From a bacterium (GTDB taxonomy: Bacteria > Patescibacteriota > Minisyncoccia > UBA6257 > JAGOQP01): a stretch of DNA of 64,000 bases. The notes under the pieces were generated by a model. It did not search any database and was not told where the DNA came from. It saw only the letters and a list, made by a program, of their open reading frames with translations. The position numbers were made by a program, and so were the translations under genes. Of the stretch, positions 62,655-64,000 are shown in pieces (positions within the stretch are counted from its first letter, which is position 1; each line of letters starts with the position of its first letter). The stretch covers positions 45,278-109,277 of the forward strand of contig JAKAHY010000001.1 in the NCBI GenBank assembly GCA_021814695.1, read 5' to 3'.

Positions 62655-64000
62655 TCAGATAGTTTTGGATATCGACTTTCTGTAGAAAAATTTCCTTACT
62701 TCTTCAATAACAACTACCGACAGTGACATAACAATTATCTTTATCCAATCATCCAAAGTAAGCGGTACTGTTTTTAATATTTTTTGCATCGTGGGCGTAT
62801 ACAAGGCAAAAATTTGAAGAGATATGATAATTAAAGTTGCATAAACCAGAAACCTGTTGGAAAAAGGATTCGTTTTAAATAATGATTCTTTATCCGAGCG
62901 GCAATTCCAGGCATTAAGCCATTGAAAAACAGCCAACACAGTCAACGATACAGATAGTGCGTGAGCCATATCTGATTTGAAATATTGATTGAATAAAATC
63001 AACGTCCCGATAACCATAGGAATAGCCATCAATAACATCCTTTTAAACATCAGCGAGTCAACTATATATATTGGAGGACGCTTGAATTTTTCCGTAAGCA
63101 GCCCCTTTTCTTTTGGTTCCATAGCCAAAGCTACATCCAAAAATCCGTCGGTCACAAAATTAAGCCAGATAATTTGGGCCGGAAGAATCGGTAATGGGAA
63201 TCCGGCCAATAATGCCGTGGTTATAGTGAGGGCCTCTCCCAAGCTGGTGGAAAAAAGATACAAAATAACTTTTTTGATGGTTTTATAAATACTTCTCCCC
63301 TCTTCCACAGCGGCAATGATACTGCCGAAATTATCATCCAACAAAACAATGTCGGCCGCTTCTTTGGCAACTTCGGTTCCTATTTTTCCCATAGCCACTC
63401 CCAAATCCGCCGCGACAAGAGAAGGAGCGTCATTTACTCCATCACCCGTCATAGCAATAACGTCTCCTTTTTTCTTGAATGCCTCGATAATTCTAAGTTT
63501 GTGCTCCGGAGTTACACGAGCAAATACCGTTGTTCTGTCCAGTTTTTCAGACAACTCGTCATCGGACAACTGATCCATTTCGTTTCCGGTAAGAATAGTA
63601 TCTCCGTTATGGTATATTCCAGCCTGTTTGGCTATCGCTTCAGCCGTGAGAACGTGGTCTCCGGTAATCATAAGCGTTCTTATTCCGGCAAATTCCGCAG
63701 CCTTAACGGCTGCCAAAGCCTCGGGCCTTAATGCGTCCTGAACGCCGTAAAATCCAAGAAAGGTAAGCTCATTTATATTTTCCGGAACAAGTTTTTTTGG
63801 AGGAGAGTAGCTGATAGCCGTTGCAACCACACGCAATCCTTTTCGGGACATTGCCCAAAAAGCCGAGTCAAGAACCAATCGGCCTTGAGGAGTTAGAGCG
63901 ACATTTTTACCGTTGAGCCACACATTTTTTGAAAGGCTCATAATAATTTCGGGAGCGCCGGTAACAACAATAATATTTTTATTCCCCTCTTTGCGGACAA
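62655..64000 (-). CDS. P-type cation-transporting ATPase (3' portion; continues beyond window end)
   Basis: MTGDGVNDAPSL hinge motif and C-terminal TM helices. The reading frame is open to nt 64000 (…VVTGAPEIIMSL…). Confidence 0.85.
   Translation of the reverse strand, partial: VRKEGNKNIIVVTGAPEIIMSLSKNVWLNGKNVALTPQGRLVLDSAFWAMSRKGLRVVATAISYSPPKKLVPENINELTFLGFYGVQDALRPEALAAVKAAEFAGIRTLMITGDHVLTAEAIAKQAGIYHNGDTILTGNEMDQLSDDELSEKLDRTTVFARVTPEHKLRIIEAFKKKGDVIAMTGDGVNDAPSLVAADLGVAMGKIGTEVAKEAADIVLLDDNFGSIIAAVEEGRSIYKTIKKVILYLFSTSLGEALTITTALLAGFPLPILPAQIIWLNFVTDGFLDVALAMEPKEKGLLTEKFKRPPIYIVDSLMFKRMLLMAIPMVIGTLILFNQYFKSDMAHALSVSLTVLAVFQWLNAWNCRSDKESLFKTNPFSNRFLVYATLIIISLQIFALYTPTMQKILKTVPLTLDDWIKIIVMSLSVVVIEEVRKFFYRKSISKTI

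Noticed and set aside
1-64000. CRISPR arrays, transposases/integrases, rRNA
   Set aside because: No regularly spaced direct repeats were found. No DDE/tyrosine-recombinase-like ORFs or rRNA-like conserved stretches were seen on either strand.

Overview
The window reads as a low-GC (~38-40%), gene-dense bacterial chromosome segment with short intergenic regions and many small membrane proteins. My inference is a Patescibacteria/CPR-like genome.

The backbone is housekeeping. It carries the 3' part of prfB (RF2), ftsE and ftsX, cspA-like, obg, mltG, fmt and def, rplI and rpmA, gltX, a dcw cluster (mraY, ftsW, murG), scpA and scpB, pepF, dnaX, rsgA, msrA and msrB, and the 3' part of a P-type ATPase running off the window end. 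It also encodes three tRNAs. Two are tRNA-Gln isoacceptors (CUG, UUG) with U1:A72 and G73 and no genomically encoded CCA. The third is tRNA-Cys(GCA), which does encode CCA.

Five things stand out. First, an operon encodes a 4x[4Fe-4S] ferredoxin-type subunit plus an NrfD/PsrC-like membrane subunit fused to a C-terminal three-CxxCH (tri-heme c-like) domain. Second, an AT-rich island lies immediately downstream of tRNA-Gln(UUG). It encodes a LexA-like S24 autopeptidase repressor translationally linked to a 932-aa KAP-family membrane-inserted P-loop NTPase and a 4-TM protein, followed by small GIY-YIG and Cys-rich proteins. This is a candidate SOS-coupled defence or abortive-infection-like module. 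Third, a GC-rich 924-aa orphan protein has degenerate calcineurin-like phosphoesterase motifs. Fourth, an amidohydrolase-fold protein that lacks the HxH metal motif sits in the murD slot of the dcw cluster. Fifth, a 14-nt motif (ATCCCGCACCTTTT) recurs as inverted pairs in two 5' leader regions.

I found no CRISPR arrays, transposases, integrases or rRNA genes.
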